In this document: in pieces, positions 7,806 to 16,116 of the stretch
Numbering within the stretch: position 1 is the first letter of the stretch
How the letters are laid out: each line of letters opens with the position of its first letter
Source of the DNA: Burkholderiales bacterium
GTDB lineage: Bacteria > Pseudomonadota > Gammaproteobacteria > Burkholderiales > SG8-39
Length of the DNA stretch: 62,138 nt
Assembly (NCBI GenBank): GCA_035500055.1
Contig: DATJXO010000051.1
Location: forward strand, 1-62,138
Direction of reading: 5' to 3'
Translations under genes and position numbers: made by a program
The notes under the pieces: generated by a model
Told to the model about the DNA's origin: nothing
Databases searched by the model: none
Seen by the model: the letters and a program-made list of their open reading frames with translations, nothing else

Positions 7806-10547
7806 ATGACGCCGACGGACCCTCAGCGGCCCGCGTCGGCAGCATGCCGGCCGCGCATGACGATGCATCGTTTCTTGACGATGCTGATCTCGCTTTGCAT
7901 CGCGCCGCTGCTGCTCCTGGCGCTGTACCTCGCGATCGCAGGCGTGCGTGACGCCCATGTCGGGATTCACGACCGGGCCGCGGACCTGGCCGGCGACTTC
8001 GCGACGATCCTCGACCAGAATCTTGACGCGCGCATCCACGCGCTCTCCATGCTCGCTAACTCACCGCACGCGCGCGAGCGGGATTGGGGCCAGCTGTACG
8101 GGGACGCGCTCTTCTTCCGGGAGCAGTTCGGCACCGATGTCGTGCTCGCCGACGCGAGCATGCAGATGCTCTTTAACACGCGCGTGTCGCTGGGCACGCC
8201 GTTGCCGAAGCTGCCGGTGCCCAAGGGCCGCGCAGCCGCGCCGCTTGCGCTCGCCGCCGGCAAGCCCGTGGTCGGGGACGTCGTCTTCGGACCGGTCGCC
8301 AAAGAGCCGCTCGCCGCGGTCGCGGTTCCAGGCCCGCGCGACGGCAAGCCGGCGTTCGTCCTGCTCGCGACCTACGACGCGCAGAGCTTGCTGGAGCGGC
8401 TCGATCAGGCGCCACTGCCAGCCGGGTGGGCGCTCTCGATCGTGGACAGCACCGGTCGAGTCGTCGCGCGCCGGGCGTCACCCGACTTCGATCGGGAAGC
8501 GCGCGCCGAGGGCAGCGAGCGCCTGACTGCGGCCCTGAGGATCGCACCTTGGGCTGCTGCCGTCGAAATTCCGCGCTCGCTCTATCGCCAACCCGCATTT
8601 CGCGCCGGCATCGAGCTGGCGCTGCTGGCCGCAAGCGCGACGCTGGCCGCCCTTGCAGGGGGGGCGTTCGCCGGCCGCCGCCTGGCGCGCTCGATCGCGT
8701 CTCTCGCGGATTCGCGCGGAGAGACCGCCGGTACCCTCCGGGTCGCCGAGCTGGAGGCGGTACGGGCACGCCTGGCCGGGCTGGCCGGCACGAACGAGAC
8801 GGCGCGCAAGGCCCTGCAGGAATCGCGCGACGTGCTCGATTCGGTCGTCGAGAACGTGCCGATCCGGGTGTTCTGGAAGGACCGCGATCTGCGCTTTCTC
8901 GGCGGCAACAGCAGCTTCGCGCGCGATGCAGGGTTCTCGCGCCGGGACGAGCTGGTCGGCAAGGACGATTTCCAGATGGCATGGCGCGAACAGGCGGAGA
9001 CATACCGGGCCGACGACCGGCACGTGATCGAGTCCGATTCGCCGAGGCTCGCCATCGAGGAGCAGCAGACGACCTCGGATGGACGCAAGGTCTGGCTGCG
9101 CACGTCCAAGGTGCCGTTGCATGCCGCAGACGGAAAGGTGGCCGGCGTGCTGGGTATCTACGAGGACATCACCGAGCGCAAGCGCATGCAAGCGGCCGTC
9201 GAGAGCAGCGAGCGGAAGTTCCGCTCGATGATCGAGAACGCGTCGGACCTGATCGTCATGATCGATGCGCAAGGGACCATTCTGTACGCCAGCCCTTCGC
9301 TCAAGCGCATGGGAGGCTTCACGCCGCAGGCAGTGGTCGGACGCAGCATCATGGAATTCACTCACCCGGAAGATCTGACTTCAGCGGCCGCCGCGCTCGC
9401 GTCGGTGCTGCACAGGCCCGAAGCTCCCCACGGCGCGCAGCTCCGCTGGCGGCACGACGACGGCCACTATGTCGTGCTCGACTCGGTCGCGAAGAATGGG
9501 CTTGCCGATCCCGAGCTCGGCGCCATCGTCATCAACGCGAGGGACGTGACGCAGCGTGTCGAGGCTGAAGCGAAGCTGCGCGAAGGCGAGGCGCGGCTGC
9601 GCGCGATCCTCGACCAGTCGATCGCCGGCGTGTACGTGATCCAAGAAGGCAAGATCGTCTACGTCAATCCGCGCATCCGCGAGATCTTCGGCTACGCCCC
9701 GGGCGAGCCGTTCGACACCGACCCGCTGGCGCACGTGCAGGAGAGCGATCGAGGGAAGGTGCTGGAACAGATGCAGATGCGGCTGGATGGCAAGCCGCAT
9801 GCGAGCTACTCGATCGCGGCGCGGCGCCGGGACGGCACCGAGTTCGTGCTCGGCCTGCACGCGACGCGGGCGAGCTTCGAGGGCAAGCCGGCGATCATCG
9901 CGACGGCGCAGGACATCACCGAGAAGGCACGCGCCGAGGAAGAGATCCGGCGCTACGTCGCGCGCCTGGAGCAGGCCACGAAGGGCACCATCGATGTCAT
10001 CGCGACGATCGGCGAGCTGCGCGACCCCTACACCCATGGCCACGAGCGGCGCGTCGCCGAGATTGCGGTGTCGATCGCGCGCGAGATGGGGCTGGCGGAG
10101 GAGCAGGTCGAGGGCGTTCGCGTCGCCGGCTATCTGCACGACGTCGGCAAGATCGGCGTGCCGGCCGAGATCCTCGCCAAGCCGACGCGGCTTACCGAGG
10201 CCGAGTACGCGCTGGTGAAGGATCACGCGCAGAAGAGCTACGAGATCCTGAAAGGGGTCGAGTTTCCCTGGCCGGTCGCCGAGATCGCGTGGCAGCACCA
10301 CGAGCGGCTCGACGGCAGCGGCTACCCGCAGGGGCTGAAAGGCGAGCAGATCCTCATCGAGGCGCGCATCCTCGCGGTCGCCGACACCGTCGAGGCGATG
10401 GCCTCGCACCGGCCGTACCGCGCCGGGCTCGGCATCGAGCGCGCGCTCGCGGAGATCGAGAAGGGTCGCGGCGGCATTTACGATTCGCAGGTGGTCGACG
10501 CCTGCCTGCGGCTCTTCCGCGAAAAGGGCTACCAGCTGCCGGCATGA
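7806..10547 (+). CDS. membrane sensor: periplasmic Cache-like domain, three PAS domains, HD-GYP c-di-GMP phosphodiesterase domain
   Basis: ORF 7731..10547. I prefer ATG 7806 because GGGAG lies 6 nt upstream. TM helix LTMLISLCIAPLLLLALYLAIAG, a second TM at about residue 300, repeated PAS-like blocks, and a C-terminal HGHERRV...YLHDVGKIGVP...HHERLDGSGYPQGL (HD and GYP motifs). Confidence 0.85.
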   Translation: MTPTDPQRPASAACRPRMTMHRFLTMLISLCIAPLLLLALYLAIAGVRDAHVGIHDRAADLAGDFATILDQNLDARIHALSMLANSPHARERDWGQLYGDALFFREQFGTDVVLADASMQMLFNTRVSLGTPLPKLPVPKGRAAAPLALAAGKPVVGDVVFGPVAKEPLAAVAVPGPRDGKPAFVLLATYDAQSLLERLDQAPLPAGWALSIVDSTGRVVARRASPDFDREARAEGSERLTAALRIAPWAAAVEIPRSLYRQPAFRAGIELALLAASATLAALAGGAFAGRRLARSIASLADSRGETAGTLRVAELEAVRARLAGLAGTNETARKALQESRDVLDSVVENVPIRVFWKDRDLRFLGGNSSFARDAGFSRRDELVGKDDFQMAWREQAETYRADDRHVIESDSPRLAIEEQQTTSDGRKVWLRTSKVPLHAADGKVAGVLGIYEDITERKRMQAAVESSERKFRSMIENASDLIVMIDAQGTILYASPSLKRMGGFTPQAVVGRSIMEFTHPEDLTSAAAALASVLHRPEAPHGAQLRWRHDDGHYVVLDSVAKNGLADPELGAIVINARDVTQRVEAEAKLREGEARLRAILDQSIAGVYVIQEGKIVYVNPRIREIFGYAPGEPFDTDPLAHVQESDRGKVLEQMQMRLDGKPHASYSIAARRRDGTEFVLGLHATRASFEGKPAIIATAQDITEKARAEEEIRRYVARLEQATKGTIDVIATIGELRDPYTHGHERRVAEIAVSIAREMGLAEEQVEGVRVAGYLHDVGKIGVPAEILAKPTRLTEAEYALVKDHAQKSYEILKGVEFPWPVAEIAWQHHERLDGSGYPQGLKGEQILIEARILAVADTVEAMASHRPYRAGLGIERALAEIEKGRGGIYDSQVVDACLRLFREKGYQLPA

Positions 10548-10575
10548 GCGCGCCGCGCCGCCTCCTGGCCGCGCC

Positions 10576-13500
10576 TCAGTACATCTCGCGGAAGAAGATG
10601 AAGTTGTCAGGCTTGGCGCCGTAAACGCCGAAGGCCGAGCGCGCGGCGGGGTCGTCGTCGTAGACCGTGCTCGGGTCGGCATCCGGGTTGTCGGCGTCGT
10701 TCCAGCGCCCGAGCAGGTAGCCGCGGTTGGCGGAAGTCGCCGCGACGTACGATCCGCCGACGCCGGTGCAATAGCTGCCGGCGACCGGCGCGGTCAGCTC
10801 CGGCGAGATCACCAGGCTGCCCTCGTTGCCCGCGCCGGGCGCGGCGAGCGTGAGCTCCCCCACGCCGCCGGTGAACGCGACGCTGGCGCTCGTCACCGCG
10901 GTCTCGCACGGCGCCAGCGTCGAGCCGCTGAACGAGAGCGAGAAGTTGCTGCGCACGAGGGTGGTGCAGCTGTCGAGCGTGTTGGTGGCGAACGCGCTGC
11001 CGTTCCAGTACTGCACCTCGAGCGGCAGGGCGAGCGGGATCTGGGTGACGCCGACCGCGCCCTGCACGCGCAGCCGCCCGTAGCGCACCTCGGTCGCGAC
11101 CCCGAGGTTCTTGTGGTCGTTGGTGGCATTGCCGTCGACGTCGAGGTCGAGGGTATCCATCGCGACGCCGTCGGAGTCCACCGGCGCGATGCCGAAGGCA
11201 ACGTTGGTGTACGGGCCGTCCGGCGTATCGGGCGTGGCGCGCTCGATCGCGGTCGTGGCAGTGACGCCGGCGGCGCCGGAGGACCACGAGCCCGACGGCG
11301 CCAGGCTGCCGTCGATCCGCGCGGTGAGGTCGGTGGTTCCGCTGCGCGCTCCGAAGGCGAAGTTCGCGAACGTCGTCAGCCCGAGCTTGGCGTAGGCGCC
11401 CTGGTAGTTCTGCGTGGCGGCGCCCTGCGCGTTCTGCGCCGTCAGCGTGAACGCGAGCTGCAGGCCCTCGTTCATGTAGGCGAAGCTCGACGCCGGCGAG
11501 CAGGACGACGCCGGGCGGTTGGTCAGCGTGCCGCCCGAGAGCGCGAAGCGCTTGGGGCGGAAGCGGCCGACGTAGCCTCCCGCGGCGCCGGTGCCGTCCA
11601 GGCCGCTGTTTCCGCTCACGCTTGCACCCGGCGTGTCCAGGTAGCTGGTCGCGGTGGCCTGGATGAGGACGTTGCCGACCTCCGAGTAGCGCAGGTTCGC
11701 CAGGGCCGCGGCGCCGCCCGAGTAGCTCGCGGCCGCTACCGTCGGACTCGCGCCGCCGAGGCTGAGCGTTCCGGTCGTCCCGCCCGCGGGCAGGATCGCG
11801 CCGGGCGCAAGCACCGTGTCCCAGGCGAAGCTCGGCGTCACGCCGTTGTCGGTGACATCGGCGCCGGCGTCGGGCGCGCCATCGTTGTTGCTGTCGTCAC
11901 TCGACTGCCAGAGGTAGCCGGCAACCGCGGCCGCGAAGTCGTCTCCCGCGGCGGCGAGCACCGAGCTGGCCGCGGAGGTGCCGTGCTGGATTCCCGCGAA
12001 CGCGAGTGCGAACGGGCGCGTCGTAATCCAGGGCGAGGTGCCGCGGCGCTGGGAGTTGCCGTCGTGAAGGTTGATCAGGTACTTGCCCACGTCGGTGGTG
12101 TTGAGCGTGAAGCTGCCGGCGCCGCCCGAGAAGGCGATGGTGAGGACGTTGCCCCCCGGCTCGACAGTGCCGAGCGGGCTCACGGTGTTCACCCCCGTCG
12201 CCCCCGGGAGCGCCGCGCCCGACGGGTCGGAGCCGTTCAGCGTCAGCCAGATCTTGAGCACATTGTTACCGTTGTGGCCGTTGCCTGCGTTTAGGTTGCA
12301 GCTCGGCGCGGTGCGACGCTCCACCGCGATGGTCTGCGGGCGGCCGGCGATCTGGATCGGATCGGGCGTGATCACGTAGCCGTCGTTGATGAAGTTGATC
12401 GAGGCGCTTCGGCTGGTGACGCCGGTAGAGGCGTCCTGCACGCTCACCGCCAAGGTACCGGCGGTGGTTACCGCCAGGGTCAGCACGATCCGGCCCGCGT
12501 CGCCGGCGACGAACGCATAGTCGGCCGCGCCCGAGCCGAAGTTGGTCAGGGTGCCGTACGCCGTCTTGACCGCCCAGGCGCCGTCGCCCGTGCTGGTGCT
12601 GAGGTGCACCGTCCCGGTGTAGCCCGTGTTCACGTTGTTGGATGCGTCGCGCGCGCTGATGGTGATCTCGATCGGATATGCCGCGCAAGCGAGGGTATAG
12701 TCGCCTGCCTCCACGACGAAGCGGAGCGAAGACGGCCGCAGCGCGATCATCTGCGCGGTCCCCGAATCGCCGTCGTTGCCCGCGGTCGCGACCTTGTCGC
12801 CGGTCGCGCCGGCCACGGCTTGCGACACGTCGTTCATCTCCAACGAGACTCCGGCGGCGTTGGGCGCCGCGAGCGACGAAACGTTTACGCGCTCGGTCAT
12901 GCCGGCCGGCGGCGTCCAGCTCGAGGACGAGGCGATACTGTGCGTGCTCACGACCATTGCGTCGGCTACCGTGGTGGTGATCTGCGTCGCCCGCACCGCG
13001 GTGTTCGGGTCGCCGCCAACCGGGGCGGTGTTTCCGCCCGAGGCGTCGATCGGACTGCTCGTGTCGACGCCGAGGTACGAGACGATGCCCCCGACCGCGC
13101 CGTTATGACCGCCGCCGAGCGTCCAGGTGTAGCTCGCGGGCTCGGAGGCGCTCGCGATGCGCCAGAAGGTCTGCTGCCGGCTGCTCGTCGCCGCAGGCTG
13201 TGCCGTCGTGACGAGCGGCGTCCAGCCCGCCGGCGCGCCGATCGTCACGCTGGAAGGCGTTACGGCGACCGAGGCGAGCATCAGGTCGCCGAAACTCGTG
13301 CCCGCGGGCACACCGATTACCAGCCCGGAAGCCGGGCGCAGCGCAAAGAGGACGCCGTGGTTGGGATCGGAGCCGCCGCCCTTCGTGACGGTGAACGGCC
13401 CCTTCGCGCCTGCCGTCGATTCCTGCCGGTAGTTGAGCGCGACTTCCGCGTCGTTGCCCGTTCCCGTGCCCGTGTCGAAGGCCCCGGTGAAGCCGTCGCC

Positions 13501-14106
13501 CGAGGCATCGGTCGTGTTGTTGTCGCGGATGAGGATCGCGAAGAGCAGCAGCGCATTCGCCGTGACGGTGGTCTCGGTCCCGCTGGTGACCGAGGTCGCG
13601 CTCTGGTAGCTGCACTTCACGCGCGTTCCGCCGGCGGTGCAGTTCGAGGCCGGGATCGGTTGCCCCGTGTCGAACGGATTCGAGGTGTCCACGCCCTGGA
13701 AGCGCGCCATGCGCCCGATCATGACGTTGCAGGTACCCGTGCCCTTCGACACGGTGAGGTTGTCGTTCGCGCTGCCGTCGGCAAAGCGCCAGTAGATCGC
13801 CGCGGTGTGCGTAGCGGTGGGATTGCTGGAAAGCAGCGTGTTCCAGCCCGTGGAGGGCGTGAGCGTCGCCGAATCGTCCGAGGACACCAGCGCGATCAGC
13901 AGGTCGCCGCTGCTGCCCGCAGGCGTGGAGGGCGAAATCGACCTGCTGCAGCCGTTGGCGTTGTCGGCGCCGCCCGAGCCGACGTAGACGATGTCGCCGG
14001 TCGTGGCAGCGGAAGAGGCGGCGCGCACGTCGATCTGCGCTTGGGCCGGCGCGGCCACGGCCAGCAGCACGAGCGCGCCGGCGAGCAGTGCGAGGAAGCG
14101 TCGCAT
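10576..14106 (-). CDS. large secreted MshQ-like / DUF6701-like protein (adhesin or pilus-associated candidate)
   Basis: 1176 aa. Signal peptide MRRFLALLAGALVLLAVAAPAQA-Q. Ala/Gly/Ser/Thr-rich and beta-rich. Two tandem ~190-aa modules (aa 67-258 and 273-458). The C-terminal ...GRWNDADNPDADPSTVYDDDPAARSAFGVYGAKPDNFIFFREMY resembles the MshQ-type C-terminus as I recall it. CDS confidence is high; the family call is about 0.45. Confidence 0.8.
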   Translation of the reverse strand: MRRFLALLAGALVLLAVAAPAQAQIDVRAASSAATTGDIVYVGSGGADNANGCSRSISPSTPAGSSGDLLIALVSSDDSATLTPSTGWNTLLSSNPTATHTAAIYWRFADGSANDNLTVSKGTGTCNVMIGRMARFQGVDTSNPFDTGQPIPASNCTAGGTRVKCSYQSATSVTSGTETTVTANALLLFAILIRDNNTTDASGDGFTGAFDTGTGTGNDAEVALNYRQESTAGAKGPFTVTKGGGSDPNHGVLFALRPASGLVIGVPAGTSFGDLMLASVAVTPSSVTIGAPAGWTPLVTTAQPAATSSRQQTFWRIASASEPASYTWTLGGGHNGAVGGIVSYLGVDTSSPIDASGGNTAPVGGDPNTAVRATQITTTVADAMVVSTHSIASSSSWTPPAGMTERVNVSSLAAPNAAGVSLEMNDVSQAVAGATGDKVATAGNDGDSGTAQMIALRPSSLRFVVEAGDYTLACAAYPIEITISARDASNNVNTGYTGTVHLSTSTGDGAWAVKTAYGTLTNFGSGAADYAFVAGDAGRIVLTLAVTTAGTLAVSVQDASTGVTSRSASINFINDGYVITPDPIQIAGRPQTIAVERRTAPSCNLNAGNGHNGNNVLKIWLTLNGSDPSGAALPGATGVNTVSPLGTVEPGGNVLTIAFSGGAGSFTLNTTDVGKYLINLHDGNSQRRGTSPWITTRPFALAFAGIQHGTSAASSVLAAAGDDFAAAVAGYLWQSSDDSNNDGAPDAGADVTDNGVTPSFAWDTVLAPGAILPAGGTTGTLSLGGASPTVAAASYSGGAAALANLRYSEVGNVLIQATATSYLDTPGASVSGNSGLDGTGAAGGYVGRFRPKRFALSGGTLTNRPASSCSPASSFAYMNEGLQLAFTLTAQNAQGAATQNYQGAYAKLGLTTFANFAFGARSGTTDLTARIDGSLAPSGSWSSGAAGVTATTAIERATPDTPDGPYTNVAFGIAPVDSDGVAMDTLDLDVDGNATNDHKNLGVATEVRYGRLRVQGAVGVTQIPLALPLEVQYWNGSAFATNTLDSCTTLVRSNFSLSFSGSTLAPCETAVTSASVAFTGGVGELTLAAPGAGNEGSLVISPELTAPVAGSYCTGVGGSYVAATSANRGYLLGRWNDADNPDADPSTVYDDDPAARSAFGVYGAKPDNFIFFREMY

Positions 14107-14172
14107 GTCGTCAATATATGACAGCCGGCGACACCCCCGATCCTCGCCTCTACAGACTTTTACCGCAGACCG

Positions 14173-15672
14173 CTAGGCGGCGCGCTTCTTCCTCTGCGCG
14201 TCGCGCGCGTGCATCTGCGCGTACGCGCCGTGCGCCGCCGCTTCGGCATCGCCGACGTGCACCGGGTAGCCCATGTCGTCGAGCACCGAGCCGAGCGCCG
14301 AGAGGCAGAGCATCACGTTGTCCGGGCGGCAGGAATAGCCCATCAGGCCGAAGCGCCAGATCTTGCCCTTCAGCGGGCCGAGGCCGGCGCCGATCTCGAG
14401 GCCGAACTCGGAGAGCAGCGTCGAGCGCAGCTTCGCCTCGTCCACGCCCTCGGGGCAGAGCACGGCGTTCATCTGCGGCAGCTGGTATTTCTCGGCGACC
14501 AGGAACTTGAGGCCCATCGCCTCGAGCCCGGCCTTGAGCGCGACATGGTGCCGGTGGTGGCGCGCCCAGCAGTTTTCCAGCCCTTCCTCGCGGATCAGCA
14601 GCAGCGCCTCGTGCAGCGCGAACAGCGAGTTCGTCGGCGCGGTGTGGTGGTAGGTGCGCGTGGTCTCGCCCCAGTAGCCGAGCAGCAGGTTCATGTCCAT
14701 GAACCAGCTGTGGATGCGGTCCTTGCGCTTCTTCACGTGCTCGACGACGCGCTCGGAGAACGACACCGGCGACAGGCCCGGCGTGCAGGAGAGGCACTTC
14801 TGGCTCGCCGAGTAGATGGCGTCGATCTCCCACTCGTCGACCTTCACCGGCGTGCCGGCGAGCGAGGTCACGGCGTCGACGATCACCAGCGCGCCGTGCT
14901 TGTGCGCGAGCTGGGTGAGCGTCTTCGCGTCCGATTGCGCGCCGGTCGAGGTCTCGGCGTGCACGAACGCGACCACGCCGACGTCCTTGTGCTTCTTCAG
15001 CGCGTCCTCGACCTTCTGCGGGTCGACCGGCTCGCCCCACTTGTCCTCGATCACGATCGGCGTGCCGCCGCAGCGGATCACGTTCTCGAGCATGCGCCCG
15101 CCGAAGACGCCGTTCTGGCACACGATCGCCTTGTCGCCCGGCGCCACCATGTTGACGAAGCAGAACTCCATGCCGACCGAGCCCGGGCCCGAGAGCGGGA
15201 AGGTGAGCGGGTTCTTCGTCTGGTAGACGTAGCGCAGCAGGCTCTTCAGCTCCTCCATCATCTCGACGAAGATCGGGTCGAGGTAGCCGATCGCCGGCTG
15301 GCTCATGGTGGTGAGCACGCGCGGGTGGATCTCGGTCGGCCCGGGACCCATCAGCGTGCGCTGCGGGGGATGGAAGGAATGAATGCGCTTCGCGGGGGCG
15401 TACTGGCTCATGGCTAGGCTCTCCGGGGTAATGCCGAACGGCGCGTCCTCGGGGCGCGACTTCACGCGCACCGGGTTCTTCGCGCTCGCTTCATTGACGA
15501 TCTCGAGGGCGCCGATGCGTCCCTGGGTGAGGCGCTCCACCTCCCCCGCCCAGCGCGCGGGGATGTAGCCGGTCTTGACCCAGTTGTGCACCACCGCCCG
15601 GTCGAGCTGGAAGGCGCGCGCCACGCCCGCTTGGCTGCCGAAGATCTCGACCAGGCGGGCGGCGCAATCCAT
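14173..15672 (-). CDS. class-V aminotransferase (serine/alanine-glyoxylate aminotransferase-like) with an in-frame N-terminal Cro/YdaS-like HTH extension; alternative internal start at 15411
   Basis: aa 88-499: MSQYAPAKRIHSFHPPQRTLMGPGPTEIHPRVL...DAVTSLAG...YSASQKCL, a complete AGXT-type enzyme whose ATG 15411 has GGAGAG 8 nt upstream. aa 1-87: ...VEIFGSQAGVARAFQLDRAVVHNWVKTGYIPARWAGEVERLTQG..., an HTH pattern. No stop codon lies between the two parts. Confidence 0.85.
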   Translation of the reverse strand: MDCAARLVEIFGSQAGVARAFQLDRAVVHNWVKTGYIPARWAGEVERLTQGRIGALEIVNEASAKNPVRVKSRPEDAPFGITPESLAMSQYAPAKRIHSFHPPQRTLMGPGPTEIHPRVLTTMSQPAIGYLDPIFVEMMEELKSLLRYVYQTKNPLTFPLSGPGSVGMEFCFVNMVAPGDKAIVCQNGVFGGRMLENVIRCGGTPIVIEDKWGEPVDPQKVEDALKKHKDVGVVAFVHAETSTGAQSDAKTLTQLAHKHGALVIVDAVTSLAGTPVKVDEWEIDAIYSASQKCLSCTPGLSPVSFSERVVEHVKKRKDRIHSWFMDMNLLLGYWGETTRTYHHTAPTNSLFALHEALLLIREEGLENCWARHHRHHVALKAGLEAMGLKFLVAEKYQLPQMNAVLCPEGVDEAKLRSTLLSEFGLEIGAGLGPLKGKIWRFGLMGYSCRPDNVMLCLSALGSVLDDMGYPVHVGDAEAAAHGAYAQMHARDAQRKKRAA

Positions 15673-15682
15673 GGCGCGCAGT

Positions 15683-16063
15683 CTACTTTGTCAAACTGGA
15701 TTTGACAAGGCCGATGCGTCGAAACTCGGCGGGAACGCGCGTCCCCGGGATGTAGCGCCTGCCCCAGCGCGCGACCGCCGCCAGCACGTCGCCCAGCTCC
15801 CTGCCCTTCCCGGTGAGCTCGTACCGGTTGCGGAGCGGCCGCGTCTGGTAGGGGCGCGCCTCGATCAGGCCCGCGGCCTCCATCCTCTTCAGGCGATCGG
15901 CGAGGATGTTGGTGGGGATGCCCTCGTCGCTAGCGAGCAGCGCGTTGAACGTGTGCCGCCCGCGCAACAGGTCGCGCACCACCAGCAGCGTCCACTTGTC
16001 GCCCGCGATATCGAGCGCGCACGCGGCGGGACACGAGGAGCGGCGCGGACCAGTAACTTGCAT
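15683..16063 (-). CDS. HxlR family transcriptional regulator
   Basis: 126 aa with CPAACALDIAGDKWTLLVVRDLLRGRHTFNALL...IPTNILADRLKRMEAAGLI...YELTGKG, a canonical HxlR winged helix. It is divergent from the MFS gene. Confidence 0.9.
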   Translation of the reverse strand: MQVTGPRRSSCPAACALDIAGDKWTLLVVRDLLRGRHTFNALLASDEGIPTNILADRLKRMEAAGLIEARPYQTRPLRNRYELTGKGRELGDVLAAVARWGRRYIPGTRVPAEFRRIGLVKSSLTK

Positions 16064-16072
16064 ATTGCAAGT
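16056..16072. promoter_or_regulatory. candidate operator: 7-3-7 perfect inverted repeat ACTTGCA-TAT-TGCAAGT
   Basis: It overlaps the hxlR-type start codon (16061-16063) and lies 45 nt upstream of the divergent MFS start. Confidence 0.4.
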
Positions 16073-16116
16073 TTATCGGCTAACGTCGGCCGCTCGCAAC
16101 CCCCGAAGGAACACCG

